Below the pieces are notes generated by a model that made no database searches, had not been told where the DNA came from, and saw nothing but the letters and a program-made list of their open reading frames with translations. From the NCBI GenBank assembly GCA_951406725.2, contig OX597826.1, positions 19,096,001-19,160,000 of the forward strand: a DNA stretch of 64,000 bases, given 5' to 3'. This document shows positions 51,331 through 64,000 of this stretch, piece after piece; position 1 is the first letter of the stretch; every line of letters begins with the position of its first letter. The position numbers and the translations under genes were made by a program. The stretch comes from Octopus vulgaris (Eukaryota).

Positions 51331-52002
51331 CCTACATATCTCTTGATGTGCGACGAACGATGCGGCACGGTTATTCTTTCGAACTCCATTCACATTGCAA
51401 TTTTCGGTGGATTTATTGGTGTCAGATACCAAACTGGTATTCAAATGAATATGATACTGTTTCAGGGTTTACAGAACGAGTTACATACATTAAACCGTTA
51501 TTATCGAAGTGATTTTAGAACAAGATTTTCAGGTTGATCGTTATTGCATAGGCCAATTGGATACTTTCGGTTTTAAATAATGAATCGGAGACATACAAGC
51601 TATTATAAACCATCGATAAAAGAAATACCAAATCTAAAACGGTAAAATAATGCATTCAACAGACAGCAATAAAGAATGCTATTTCTGTTGAAAGAATATC
51701 GGGTATACAAAAATATTGACCATATGTAAATATATATCAATTGTTTGAAATTAACTATCGCAAAGGAAAGACCATGGATTATATAGATAATATATAATCA
51801 TTTTCTAAATTATATTCACTTTCCATTTGAGATAATAATTAAAGTTTTCATTATTATTATTATTAAAATTCGAAGAAATACCATTCAAATAATTATTCAA
51901 GTATTTTCTTGTGACAGATTATTTTTGTATCCATATAAAATTTGAACATACTACAATTTAAATATAAAGTTTTTCAATGAAAATAACAGGTGAATAATAT
52001 TC

Positions 52003-52992
52003 TTTTCTTCTCTAGGTACAAGGCCCGAAATTTTTAGGGAGTGGGGCCAGTCGATTAGATCGATCCCAGTACTTAATTTATGGACCCCGAAAGGTAAAAT
52101 CGGCCACGGCGGAATTTGAACTCAGATCGTAAAGCCAGACAAAATACTTATTTCTTTACTACCCACAAGGAGTTAAACACAGAAAGGACAAACAAGGACA
52201 GATAAACGGATTAAGTCGATTATATCGACCCAAGTGCGTAACTGGTACTTATTTAATCGGTTCCGAAAGAATGAAAGGCAAAGTCGACCTCGGCGGAATT
52301 TGAACTCAGAACGTAACGGCAGACGAAATACCGCTAAGCATTTCGCCCGGCATACAAGTGTTTCTTATTTCTTTGCTGCCCACAAGGGGCTACATACACA
52401 GAGAGGACAAACAAATGGATTAAGTCGATTACATTGACCCCAGTGTATAACTGGTACTTATTTAATCGACCCTGAAAGGATGAAAGGCAAAGTTGACCTC
52501 GGCGGAATTTGAACTCAGAACGTAGCGGCCGACGAAATACCGCTAAGCATTTCGCCCGACATACAAGTGTTTCTCATTTCTTTGCTGCCCACAAGGGGCT
52601 ACATACACAGAGAGTATAAACAAATGGACTAAGTCGATTACATCGACCCCAGTGTATAACTGGTACTTATTTAATCGACCCCGAAAGGATGAAAGGTAAA
52701 GTTGACCTCGGCGGAATTTGAACTCAGAACGCAGCGGCCGACGAAATACCGCTAAGCATTTCGCCCGACATACAAGTGTTTCTTATTTCTTTGCTGCCCA
52801 CAAGGGGCTACATACACAGAGAGTACAAACAAATGGATTAAGTCGATTACATCGACCCCAGTGTATAACTGGTACTTATTTAATCGACCCCGAAAGGATG
52901 AAAGGCAAAGTTGACCTCGGCGGAATTTGAACTCAGAACGTAGCGGCCGACGAAATACCGCTAAGCATTTCGCCCGGCATGCTAACGTTTCA
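52003..52992 (-). repeat. Head-to-tail array of five SINE D units (three near-identical 209-bp units)
   Basis: CATACAAGTG at 52351, 52560 and 52769 (period 209), plus two related units at 52003-52350. Confidence 0.93.
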
Positions 52993-53661
52993 GATGATTG
53001 TTTTCATGCATCATGTTACGTACAAGTTCGTACAACTACGTTTCCCGTTTTCATGCGGAAGTGTCAGCATATTGCTCAGCAGATATAGTTAGTCGATTAT
53101 TGGAATTTGCAAGGGCTGCGCAAGACAGAAATGATATAGACAATTATCTCATTGTACTAATTACATAGTCTGCTCTTGACTATGCAGTCTGCTCAATTAT
53201 TGCATGGACATTCTACTATGACTATGAGCAACGTCATAATACATAGGCATAGCACACTCGCATAGAGTTAGTGAGAGTTAAGAGTGAAATGATTCTGGGT
53301 ATTGACGAGTACGATCCGAGAACCTCTTATAGAGAACATTCGGGTCGGCGATTATCAACCATTTCCAAACATATTTGGCCTTGAAGTGCTATAGGTGGGC
53401 AAAGTCCTTACAGCACGGAAGTTCTAGCAGCTAGACCTGTCCGAGACGCACACGTCACGACGAAACCGTTTCTGTGTGCATTCGTTTACTGTTCATGTAT
53501 GGTTAACATGACTTGTGACAAAAATTACATCGATATATTAAATTTTAAAAAAATAGAGAAAAAAATGCAGCGTAGGGCAGAAATAGCTCTACACTGATTG
53601 TAAGTCTGTAAACAGTGAAAACCTGGGAGAAGGTAACTTTGGTCGAGTAATGCAGGAGTGT

Positions 53662-54487
53662 AGGAAATTTTTTTTCTTTTTCTCTATTTTTTAAAAAATT
53701 TGATATATCGATGTAATTTTTGACGCTGAATCCCAATTTGTTATTCATTTATTCCAGAAAAATTTTACAAAATTGTTACAGGTGCTCAAAGTTTGATAAT
53801 TTTCAGAATTTTCAGCCAATCAAATAACAGCGTGTTTGCTGCCTCTTCTATCATCGGCATGTCAAAGCATTGCTAGAAATAACAATAAAAAAATTAAAAT
53901 ATACACGAATGAAGTCAACATTAAAGCATTCGCGAGCAAGGATCTAGTTTTTTCATTCGCAAAATAGGCATTTTTTAAAAGGAAGTAAAATATCTGAAAA
54001 TCGGCTATAATAATGTAGTCTTGCAGTCTCATTGCTATGAAGGTATATGGTGTTGTGGAGAAAACAATTGGAAGAAAAAGTTACAGAAGTTTAAAAATCG
54101 GAAAAACTCGGTATTTGTAGCCAATAGTGGCACAGAAATTTTCTGCATTTAACAGAGCGATGTCACCTTTAAGGTTATACCCTGTGAAATTTATAGTTTG
54201 GCGTCAGTGAAATGACGTGTTCATTGTAGGTTTCAAATTAAACAGAAATACCTAATAAAATCAACATTTATCATCTTAGTGTTTCTTTTGTCTCTTCATT
54301 GATTGTATGTTTTTATCATTTTTAATTTGTTACATCAATATATTTGTCTGCATGTGTTTGCTTTATGTATACTTCAGTATTATGTATTTGTGTACATCAT
54401 TAATATATAATTGTATGCAGATGAATGTAGTTATATATAATTTATATGCACATTTATGCATTCATGTGTGTATGTGTGTGTGTGCGT

Positions 54488-54524
<37 letters not shown>

Positions 54525-55814
54525 AAGGGGCGTCTGAGTCTAAAACTCTAAAGCTGAGTAACGTTTTCATGCTTGGATTTGTAAACTACGATAAGAATAA
54601 TACTGGTCAACAAAGAATTTGTCCCAAGGAAAAGAATACCTGTATCTTATATATTTCTGCATGCAGAATTCAAAAATAATGTCAAATTATCTGATTCACC
54701 CATAGTTTCTCTGTTCCACGATGTCCCTTTCAGTTACTGTTACGTGGGCTAAATTTCAGTTAAGCTATTAAAACGTGAAGTTAACGGTTTAAGAAATACT
54801 CCTAATTTATGAATAGAATTTACCTAGTGAAATCATGAATCCAGCTATCTGAGTCCAAAAAATATATGAAATGAAAACTATGTAAAAATATTAATACAGA
54901 AAAGTACTTACAGAAGCACTGAAAAATATGTAATATACTAATACACAGGAAAATTAAAACAAAACACGCTGGTGGAAAGAATCTGGTGGTGTGAAGAATC
55001 AAGTGTGAAAAATCAACATAGAACAACGTCCGGCATAGACAATGAACCATAACACAGCGTGCGGTTGTCATGGCAACAAGCTACTAATGCCATGTTGTCT
55101 GTTGATTGGCTAAAATTACCCAAAATTTCCCAAATTTAATTCCAAATAACATCAGATTCTTTAATTTACGAGATAAAGTAATTGGTTGATCATAATCAAA
55201 ATTCAGAGTTGCATCGATACACCAAAGTTGAAAGCAATCTGAGCAAAATTAAGGGGGTCCCATTATGCGAATGAAAAAGACTAAATTCGCGAGCAAATTA
55301 AATATTTAAAAGTTTTCACACAAACAAACATTCACAAATTTCCCTTGTTGATTTTTCCTTCAGCGTTGAATGTTCACCATCGCACTTCCATTGCACATAA
55401 ACATTCACATACGTCTCTTTTACATACACACAGACATATACTCCCACAAAGTTGAAACGCTCCCACTACCAGTTTGCCCTCACCCCTTCCTTATTCATCT
55501 ATCACCCCTTCTTTTCTCATTCATATGTTGTATCGGAGAAAAACACAAGAGTATTATGGTAGAAGATTAACTTTCTCATATTTCCTTCTCCTCCTTGAGC
55601 GCGTGCTATGGAAGCACAGCTTGTTTGCCACGGTGATTTGTAAAATACTCGCTTCTGATTGGCTAAAATACCCAAATTTTGCAAATTTTAAAGACTAGTA
55701 ACTTTTTAATTATGAATTTCGTTTTCATAATTAGTATAGAAAATTTAATCCCTATACCAAATTTGAAAACAATTGGAGCAAAATTTTAAACAGTGGCGAA
55801 AACCACAAAGATCC
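53662..55814 (+). mobile_element. GATCC-terminated MITE hosting a nested MITE
   Basis: AGCCAATCA / TGATTGGCT subterminal motifs; right end matches 27600-27832; left boundary uncertain. Confidence 0.55.
53940..55288 (+). mobile_element. GGATC-terminated MITE with 8-bp target site duplication
   Basis: GCGAGCAA at 53932-53939 and 55289-55296; TIR GGATCTAGTTTTTTCATTCGCA. Confidence 0.92.
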
Positions 55815-57274
55815 ATGTTTTGTTATTATCTATTGTTTTTATTGATTTCGTTTTATTCGATTTAAACACCGTTTTTGTTGCATTTCGTCCGTTTACTGTT
55901 TATTATTGATATTGTTGTTTGATATTTCAACTGTGTGTCACCTCCAAATCTTGAACTTAATCCTTTATCAGTATAAACCCTAACTCTATGGTACACTTTC
56001 GCTCCCTAAAATCATTCACAAATTAAACAACAATCATATCGACCTTACCAAAGTTACAGGGCACCCAAAGGTTATCCTCCTCCTCCTCCTTCTCCTGCAC
56101 TTGCTCCTCTTCATCCCCCTTCACCTCTTCATCCTACACATCATTGTCACAGTAGCCTCACAATTATATATTATCTACATTAACACAGTTACTCTCTCAT
56201 ACGACCACTCCACTGCTACGCCAACAACACCAACATAAATATGAGATGTTAATTGTTCGAAGACAGCGACGTTAACAACACACAAACATACACACACACA
56301 TATATATACACATCAATACGCGCACAAATGCACACGCACATGCGATACATTTATGTACAAGCAAGCATGCACTCGAACTCTTTACTCAAACTACACACAC
56401 ACACACACACACACACTCACACACTGACACGCATACATATTAAACTCAAGCAATTTGTACCCATTGACCCCAGTATTGCCATAATGACGCCTGACAGGTC
56501 AAGCCAGCTGGCACATCACGAAACGGTAGAGGATAGGTAGTAAGAAAGTGGGGTGGAAACAGTAGGGAAAAAGGTTTTGTAGGGTTTAAAGGTCAACCAA
56601 CCAACTTAAGAAACGAACAAAACTGTATCTCGTCTCCTTTGTTAGGAAGGACGCGAATGACAAGCTCCCTGCTAAATTTCAGGAGTAATGTATCCTTTAA
56701 CTACGTTACCCAATACATGCATTTTTAGACAATACGGAGTGACTCGCAAAATGTTGGCTGTTATTTCCAGCAGGTCGAGTAACGGCGTAGAAGCATCTTC
56801 ATATGCGCTTTTGTTGATTTTGGTACATATGTCGATCGTATTTCTAAAATATAAATATAATTATAGACGCATCTTACACTAACATATCACTTCGAATATT
56901 TACATATATCTTTTATACTTTATCTTTTATCTTTTACTTGTATCAGCCAGATGACTGAGGCCATGCTGGGGCATCGCCTTCACCGTTTTAGTCGAACAAA
57001 GTCGTCCCTAGGACTTAATTTTCTTTACACCTAGTACTTACTCTATTGGTCTTTTGCCGAACCACGGCGACGTAATCACACCAAAACCGGTTGTCATGCG
57101 GTGGTAAGGGACATATGCACACACACACGCACGCACACACACATACACACACACACACACGTTACATTGGCAACTGTCCGGATACCTATTGATTAGACCA
57201 CTTATATATGTGTGTATATACATACATAAATACATACATACATACATACATACATACATACATACATACATACA

Positions 57275-57309
<35 letters not shown>

Positions 57310-57311
<2 letters not shown>

Positions 57312-57506
57312 AGTTAATCCAAACATGAAAACACAACAACGCGAGGACGTGGAACAAATATAGAATTATTGGACGTTCAGGAAAGAAGGAGGGTTTAACG
57401 TTTCGAGCGGAGCTCTTCGTCGGAAACAGAGGAGAAGGAAAGATCCAGAGAAGGGAAGACAGAGGGAAAAAAATCGCCAACGGTACACACGCGGTCACAT
57501 TTTGAA
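57310..57506 (-). mobile_element. (TA)n-flanked pLTR-like element with minimal HHR
   Basis: Bounded by microsatellites; carries the motif at 57393-57427. Confidence 0.7.
57393..57427 (-). ncRNA. Minimal type I hammerhead-like motif, CCGACGA core
   Basis: Minus: GTTT-CCGACGA-A-GAGC-tcc-GCTC-GAAAC-GTT-AAAC. Confidence 0.7.
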
Positions 57507-57529
57507 TATATATATATATATATACTGAG

Positions 57530-57863
57530 ACCCGCCCCTTCGGCCATGACTGACCATGGGATTGCACCTAGAAAAATACCCTCCCAGGCACAAGTCCGGG
57601 CAATGTTGTTTATGGGAAACCAGCAGTCGCCCATGCATACTGGCTTCCCCTCTCCACGCCACCAGTGTTATCCAAGGCAAAGGCAAAGGGGCCGATACAG
57701 CTTAGCACTTGTGACATAGCAACTCATTTCTACAGCTGAGTGAACTGGAGTAACATGAAATAGTGCCTTGCTCAAGAACACAACACGCAGACCGGTCCGG
57801 GATTCGAACTCACAACCTCACGATCATAAGCTCGACGCCCTAATCACTGAGCCATGCGCCTTC
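57530..57863 (-). mobile_element. tRNA-derived SINE family C
   Basis: Minus head GAAGGCGCATGGCTCAGTGATTAG...GAGTTCGAATCCC. Confidence 0.85.
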
Positions 57864-57889
57864 ACACACATGCACACACACACACACAT

Positions 57890-57919
<30 letters not shown>

Positions 57920-57922
<3 letters not shown>

Positions 57923-58081
57923 GGCACAGGTGTGACTGTGTTAAGAAGTCTGCTTCCCAAAGACAAGGTTCCGGGTCTGTTCCACTGCCTGTCACCTTGG
58001 GCAAGCATCTTTGGTTATAGCCTCGGGGCGACCAAAGTCTTGTGAATGGATTTGGTAGACAGAAACTGAAAGAAATCTGTC

Positions 58082-58125
<44 letters not shown>

Positions 58126-58390
58126 GCATAGGCATTGCTGTGTTTAAGAAGCTCGCTTCGCAGCCATATGGTTTCGGGTTCAGTCCCACTGCGTAGCATC
58201 TTAGGCAAATGGCTTCTGCTATAGCCTCGGGCCGACTAAATCCCTGTCAGTGGATTTGGCAGAGAGAAACTGAAAGAAGTCCGTCTTATATCTAAGTATA
58301 TTTGTCCATGAGTGTGTATCTGTGTTTGTTCCCACCACCACCACCACTTGACAACCGATGCTGGTGTGTTTGTGTTTCCGTAACTTAGCA
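57920..58390 (+). mobile_element. Two tandem diverged SINE family A copies
   Basis: Heads at about 57921 and 58130. Confidence 0.8.
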
Positions 58391-59500
58391 AATTCCCTAT
58401 AGTAGATTGAATGATACGGGCGAGCGACTTACAGGTTGATTAAAGATAAAATAGAGTAGGTAAATAGAATTAGAACAATAAATGAATAAATTAAATACAA
58501 ACGACAGAGGAAATTTGAATATAAATAAGGTAATTTCATGGTTAAGTGAAAGAGGAGGGAAGGTGAGAATGAAGAGAAAGCCAGGAAATGTGAGAGAGGG
58601 GGAACGAAAGAAAGAAGAGTGGAAAGTATGAAGTAAGTGTGAAGGAGCTGATAGAAAGAAAGAAAGAAAGAAAGAATGAAAGAATAAGAGAGTCGTACAA
58701 AATTTATATATATATATACATACATATAAATTTGACATGGGCGATTCTTTCTTGTCTTGGGACTCACGGTCAAACGGCTGGGTAGAATTACATGAAATAT
58801 TGCACAGATGCGTAGAATGATCCGGTGAAGTTGCTAGGCTTTGTATTTTTCATAGCACCCATAGTTACCGAGATAATCTACTATAATAATACTCTTGTGT
58901 TTATGAATGAGAAAGGAAGGAGTGATAGATGAATAAGGAAGGAAGAGGTGATGTCATACTTGGTAGTGGGATGATGAAAATTGTACGCTGAAAAAATAAA
59001 TCAAGCAGTGTTTCAACTCTGTGTGAATGTATGTGTGTGTGTGTGTGTGTGTGCGCGCGCAATGGAAGTGGGATTTTTTGTGAAGTCTTTCTTTGTAGTG
59101 TTTCAGTTATTTGTTTTTCAGCTTCAGATGGATTTTAAAAAATTTTCTATAATATTTCGCATTGGGATTGAGGTATTTAATGTTTTTCAGTTCTTTTTTG
59201 TTCTTTTTTGACCTTTGAAAATTCAAAAGATCTTTTACCTATTTTTAAATTTTCTAAATTTTTGTTTTATTTTTTATGTTTGTTTCTGTTGTTTTGTATC
59301 TTTACGTTTTGCATCTTTGTTCGCTTATTATTTGGGTTTATTTTTTGATTTGGTTGAATATTGGTTGTTTTTTTTTGTTGGTCAGTTATTTTTAGCGTTT
59401 TGACTGAAAAAAAGTCATTCTAAAATTGCTTTTTAGCGTAAGCTTGCCCAAATAAGTCGAATGCTCACACAGAGCAGGTTTTACAGCCACATCATCCAAA

Positions 59501-59531
59501 CCGACGGGTGAAACCGGGTTTAGCTGCTAGT
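59501..59531 (+). mobile_element. Possible Helitron 3' terminus
   Basis: GC-rich short hairpin CGG-gtgaaa-CCG followed by CTAG then T. Confidence 0.5.
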
Positions 59532-59532
59532 A

Positions 59533-59591
<59 letters not shown>

Positions 59592-59773
59592 AGAAAATGG
59601 AGAAATATATCTAAATCATTCATCAACTATCAGATAATACCGAATCATATACTTTATTAAAACACTACACAAGAGCATTAAGATTAGACATTAATACAGC
59701 ACAATAATTACAATCAATATAATGAGATATAACTAAATAAATATAACAAGGTATAAAAATACATATACATTAT

Positions 59774-59889
59774 AACTGACAGCTGTTTCGGCCATGCAGA
59801 TAGGTATGTCTCATTTAACCTATATTAGCCATATATTGCAGGTATAAATGAGACATTAACAAAATTATCTTACGGCCTCTTCGGAGATT
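59774..59889 (-). ncRNA. Type I hammerhead-like motif with very long stem II, CCGAAGA core
   Basis: Minus: ct-CCGAAGA-GGCC...ATGTCTCATTTA..TAAATGAGACAT...GGCC-GAAAC-AGCT-GTC-ag; stem I short. Confidence 0.72.
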
Positions 59890-60735
59890 CTAATGTAAGT
59901 ATGAGTACATACCCAAAAATCATTTACATACAAATATAAATATGAGTGCATATATACTCATATCCTGACATATATACACATTTACACATACATAATAATA
60001 TAAATAAATAATATACATCAATATAAGTATAGGCAAATAGAATGCATCTGTGGAAATTAATACCATGCAAACAGAATAATTTGACTGATTACATATATAT
60101 GCAGATATCTATTTGCCTTCAATAATACTAAGGTGGTATTTATTGGTCTTCAGTGTTGCTACTATGTTGTTGTTAATTGTGAAATATAAGTATTGTTTGA
60201 TTAGTAATGATGTTGTTAGTATAGCATTATTGACTTTTTGTAAAATAACACAAATTAATATAATGGACTATTTACTATATATGTCTGCATTAAGGATGAA
60301 TATATCTGTAATTTCTTAATATTGGATGATGAACTGTAACATTCAATATAGAACATTATTATGTTTATTGATATATATTGATGTATATTATATATATATA
60401 CATATATATATATATATAAAGTGACGAGAGCATGGATTTGATGTTAAACTTTATTCTGTACAACGTTCGTTTGAACCTGTCCTGCTATTATGTGTGGGAC
60501 TCCATTCAACATGTTAAACAAAATAGTCGAGTTATACCTATTGGTCTAAAATATTTATCATACATATATATATGTGTGTGTCTGTGTGTGTGTGTGTGTG
60601 TAAACATATGCACACGCGATCGCGCACACACACACACATATAAACGCATAATATGAACACAGACATATACACTAATAACACAAACATATTTGTGTACTAA
60701 AGTGTCATGCACACTGACTCTGAATGCAAGTTTGG

Positions 60736-60779
<44 letters not shown>

Positions 60780-60914
60780 GAATGTACTAATTATACCCAT
60801 ATCCACGAATCTCAAGAGAACTGTCTTGAGTTAAACAAAAGAGAATTATAACACTATTAGTGACCAGCTTGAATTCTACAAAGGAATAAACCTGGATAAA
60901 CCCCAACGAAATGT

Positions 60915-61098
60915 ACATGCATACATACACACACACACACAAACACATACGTACATACATACATACACACACACATACATACATACATACATACACACAT
61001 ACATGCATACACACACACACATACATACATACATACATACATACATACATACATACATGCATGCATGCATGCATGCATGCATGCATGCATACATACAT

Positions 61099-61155
<57 letters not shown>

Positions 61156-61156
61156 T

Positions 61157-61192
<36 letters not shown>

Positions 61193-61232
61193 GCATGCAT
61201 GCATGCATGCATACATACATACATACATACAT

Positions 61233-61271
<39 letters not shown>

Positions 61272-61527
61272 CATACATACATACATACATACATACATAC
61301 ATACACACATACATACATAAATACATACATACATACACACACATACATACATACATACATAATACATACATACATACATACATACATACATACATACATA
61401 CATACATACATACATACATACATACACACACATACATACATACATACATACATACATACATAAATACATACATACATACACACATATACATACATACATA
61501 CATACATACATACATACATACATACAT

Positions 61528-61558
<31 letters not shown>

Positions 61559-61903
61559 TACATACATACATACATACATACATACATAAATACATACATA
61601 CATACACACATATACATACATACATACATACATACATACATACATACATACATAAATACATACATACATACATACATACATACATACATACATACATACA
61701 TACATACATACATAAATACATACATACATACACACATATACATACATACATACATACATACATACATACATACATACATACATACATACATACATACATA
61801 CATACATACATACATACATACATACATACATACATACATACATACATACATACATACATACATACATACATACATACATACATACATACATACATACATA
61901 CAT
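60915..61903. repeat. About 1 kb compound (CATA)n/(CA)n/(CATG)n array
   Basis: Directly visible. Confidence 0.98.
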
Positions 61904-62005
61904 GACTACTCCACAATGTCTAAATTCCAATGAAAGAACCCTGTTTCTTGGTTAGAAACCGGCTCTTTCTCCTTGGTGAGAAATTCCAAAAATATAACAA
62001 AGCAT
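61903..62005 (+). mobile_element. Short (CATA)n-adjacent element with diverged HHR-like fold
   Basis: CCAATGAAAG-AACC...GGTT-A-GAAACCGG; homologue of 13497-13598. Confidence 0.5.
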
Positions 62006-62418
62006 ACAGACAGACAGACAGACCGACAAACTGATATATAGATAGAGATAGATGTGAATACATGGCTTATTAAGAAGCGACATTCTTGTTATACGTACAA
62101 TCAACGTATATAAACTTATTTGCTTTTCTTTTTCTTGATATACCGAAGTAAAGAGAAAACAAGAAAGGGGGAAGAGAGAGAGAAAGGAGTGGAGAAGAAA
62201 GAGAGAAAGAAAGAGACGCACGTGCCTAAGGCACGGAAGGAAAGGAGGACAACATAAGTTTTTCCAGTGCGGGGTTTAACATGGTGAAAATGGGTCAGCT
62301 GAACCAGGACCCAAAATGAGTAAATAATTAAGTTTAGAAACGCTCCCTCCCCGTATACATACATGCATACATACATACATACATACATACATGCATGCAT
62401 GCATGCATGCATACATAC

Positions 62419-62495
<77 letters not shown>

Positions 62496-62498
<3 letters not shown>

Positions 62499-62795
62499 CG
62501 GATAATATATAAGATGGCTGCGAAATAGCACAGAAGTAAATCCAAGACATTTGGAGGTCAGACAGAAAATAAACTGTTTTTACTTCAAACTTTTGTAAAT
62601 TCTTTCTAATACCTGATAAGATGAGATTCATCATCGAAACCGGTAAAATTCTATATTTCTTTTATATAATTTTAAAATCATTTTATTAAATTCTTTCTAA
62701 ATTGAAATGTCTTGGATTTACTTCTGTGCTATTTCCGGTCTACATCTTTTAGATATAAAAATTTGATTTGTATAGATCTCTTATCTCTTTTTTCA

Positions 62796-62800
<5 letters not shown>
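62496..62800. mobile_element. (TA)n-flanked fold-back element with HHR-like motif
   Basis: 31-bp perfect inverted repeat 62522-62552 / 62705-62735; CTGATAA-GATGA-gattca-TCATC-GAAAC-CG-GTA at 62613-62645. Confidence 0.75.
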
Positions 62801-62832
<32 letters not shown>

Positions 62833-62855
62833 AAAAGGGTGCAAAAATTTATATG

Positions 62856-62898
<43 letters not shown>

Positions 62899-63141
62899 TG
62901 GGGCAGGGTTAGTTGAGTGGGCGGGAAGTTCGTTTGCCAAATATGTGGTCTTGCTTTAGTCCCACTAAGTGGCGCCTTGGACATATATGTCTTTCCTCAA
63001 AGTCTCGGACCGACCAAAATCTTGGTACATGTGAACACCGCACGATTTAGTTAAATTCGTTCGGCACGACGGAGCATTTTTAGGGTAAATCCTCATTTTG
63101 TGCTGACTATTACGTTTTAAACATGCGCGAGCGCACGAATG

Positions 63142-63175
<34 letters not shown>

Positions 63176-63639
63176 CATGGTGATTATGCTATATATAGGT
63201 GGAGGTATTATAAAGAGACTAAGGTGAAGTGTTTCATGTCTTGTCACTTGTTTTATCTGCTTCGTTTATTAATTTGTGGTTTACTCAGAAAAATTGGTGA
63301 GCAGCGGGATGGGGGCGGGTGGGGAGGTAATAGTGTAATTGCAATGAAATATAAGACACGCAAAAGGTTGTGTTACAGAAGACGACTATGACGACGAAGT
63401 CAGACAAGAGGAGGGGAGGAACGGGGAGAGGAGAGGAAGATAATGTTTGATAATGATGATGATGCTGGTTGTGAAAAAGAAGAAAAGACAGCAGATGAGA
63501 AGAAGAAATGCGATGATGATGATGATGGAAAATGAAGAATGCTGACTTAGGTAGGGAGAGAGAAAGAGGTGGGAAAATGATCCTTTGAGTCCCATACAGG
63601 CAAACACATCTGCTGTCAGTTAATGTGTGTGTGTGTGTT

Positions 63640-63690
<51 letters not shown>

Positions 63691-64000
63691 TTATATGCCA
63701 TTCAGCGTGTATGCGTGCGAATAGATATGAATGTTTTGTCGGTATTTATGCGCACGGGTATGTGTGAGAATGTTTTGTGTACGAGTATGTATGGATGGGA
63801 GTAGGTATCTGTGTATGTGTGTGTATGTGTGTGTGTAGAAAGAGAGAGAACAGAACGGACACCAGGCACTGACTGTCACGTTTTTATGACATATCTTCTG
63901 GCTACGCGGGTAAGACGAGACAGTCGTTGTTAGGTGTGAGGTAAGAGGAGATGATGGTTCGAAAGGCAATCCACTTATCTTCTTTTCTACTCTCAAAAGT

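Noticed and set aside
51450-51540. Minus-strand CTGAAAA...GAAAC-agt-ATC hammerhead candidate
   Set aside because: Core mutated, and stems I and II do not pair convincingly.
52148-52992. CRISPR-like array
   Set aside because: Units repeat in full with no unique spacers and are SINE-derived; eukaryotic context.
60787-61933. Long ORFs of 340-370 aa (MYVCMYVC... / HTYIHTYI...) and all similar ORFs
   Set aside because: Translations of stop-free microsatellites; no coding signal.

Overview
AT-rich, microsatellite-saturated eukaryotic DNA with no host protein-coding exon I can support. The repeat landscape (abundant tRNA-derived SINEs with internal (TA)/(TG) tracts, very long (CATA)n/(TA)n arrays) suggests an octopus or other coleoid cephalopod; this is inference. 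Nearly all ORF-track entries are microsatellite artefacts. Real coding remnants are all transposon-derived: mariner, Tc1, two hAT transposases, a Helitron RepHel fragment, a nest of Dong/R4-like LINEs, Tx1/L1-like, RTE-like and Hero-like LINE fragments, and two Penelope-like (Naiad-type) GIY-YIG remnants. The most notable signal is non-coding: about 14 full and several partial or diverged type I hammerhead-ribozyme (HHR)-like motifs on both strands, from several sequence-unrelated short element families. These elements mostly sit in or next to microsatellites, often form long fold-back palindromes, and usually have palindromic minimal stem III loops. Some have very long stem II, and a CCGANGA core variant recurs. 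A second signal is a SINE sharing its 3' tail and apparent target site with a Tx1-like LINE, including a 209-bp head-to-tail SINE array. Coordinates were read by eye and may be off by a few bases.
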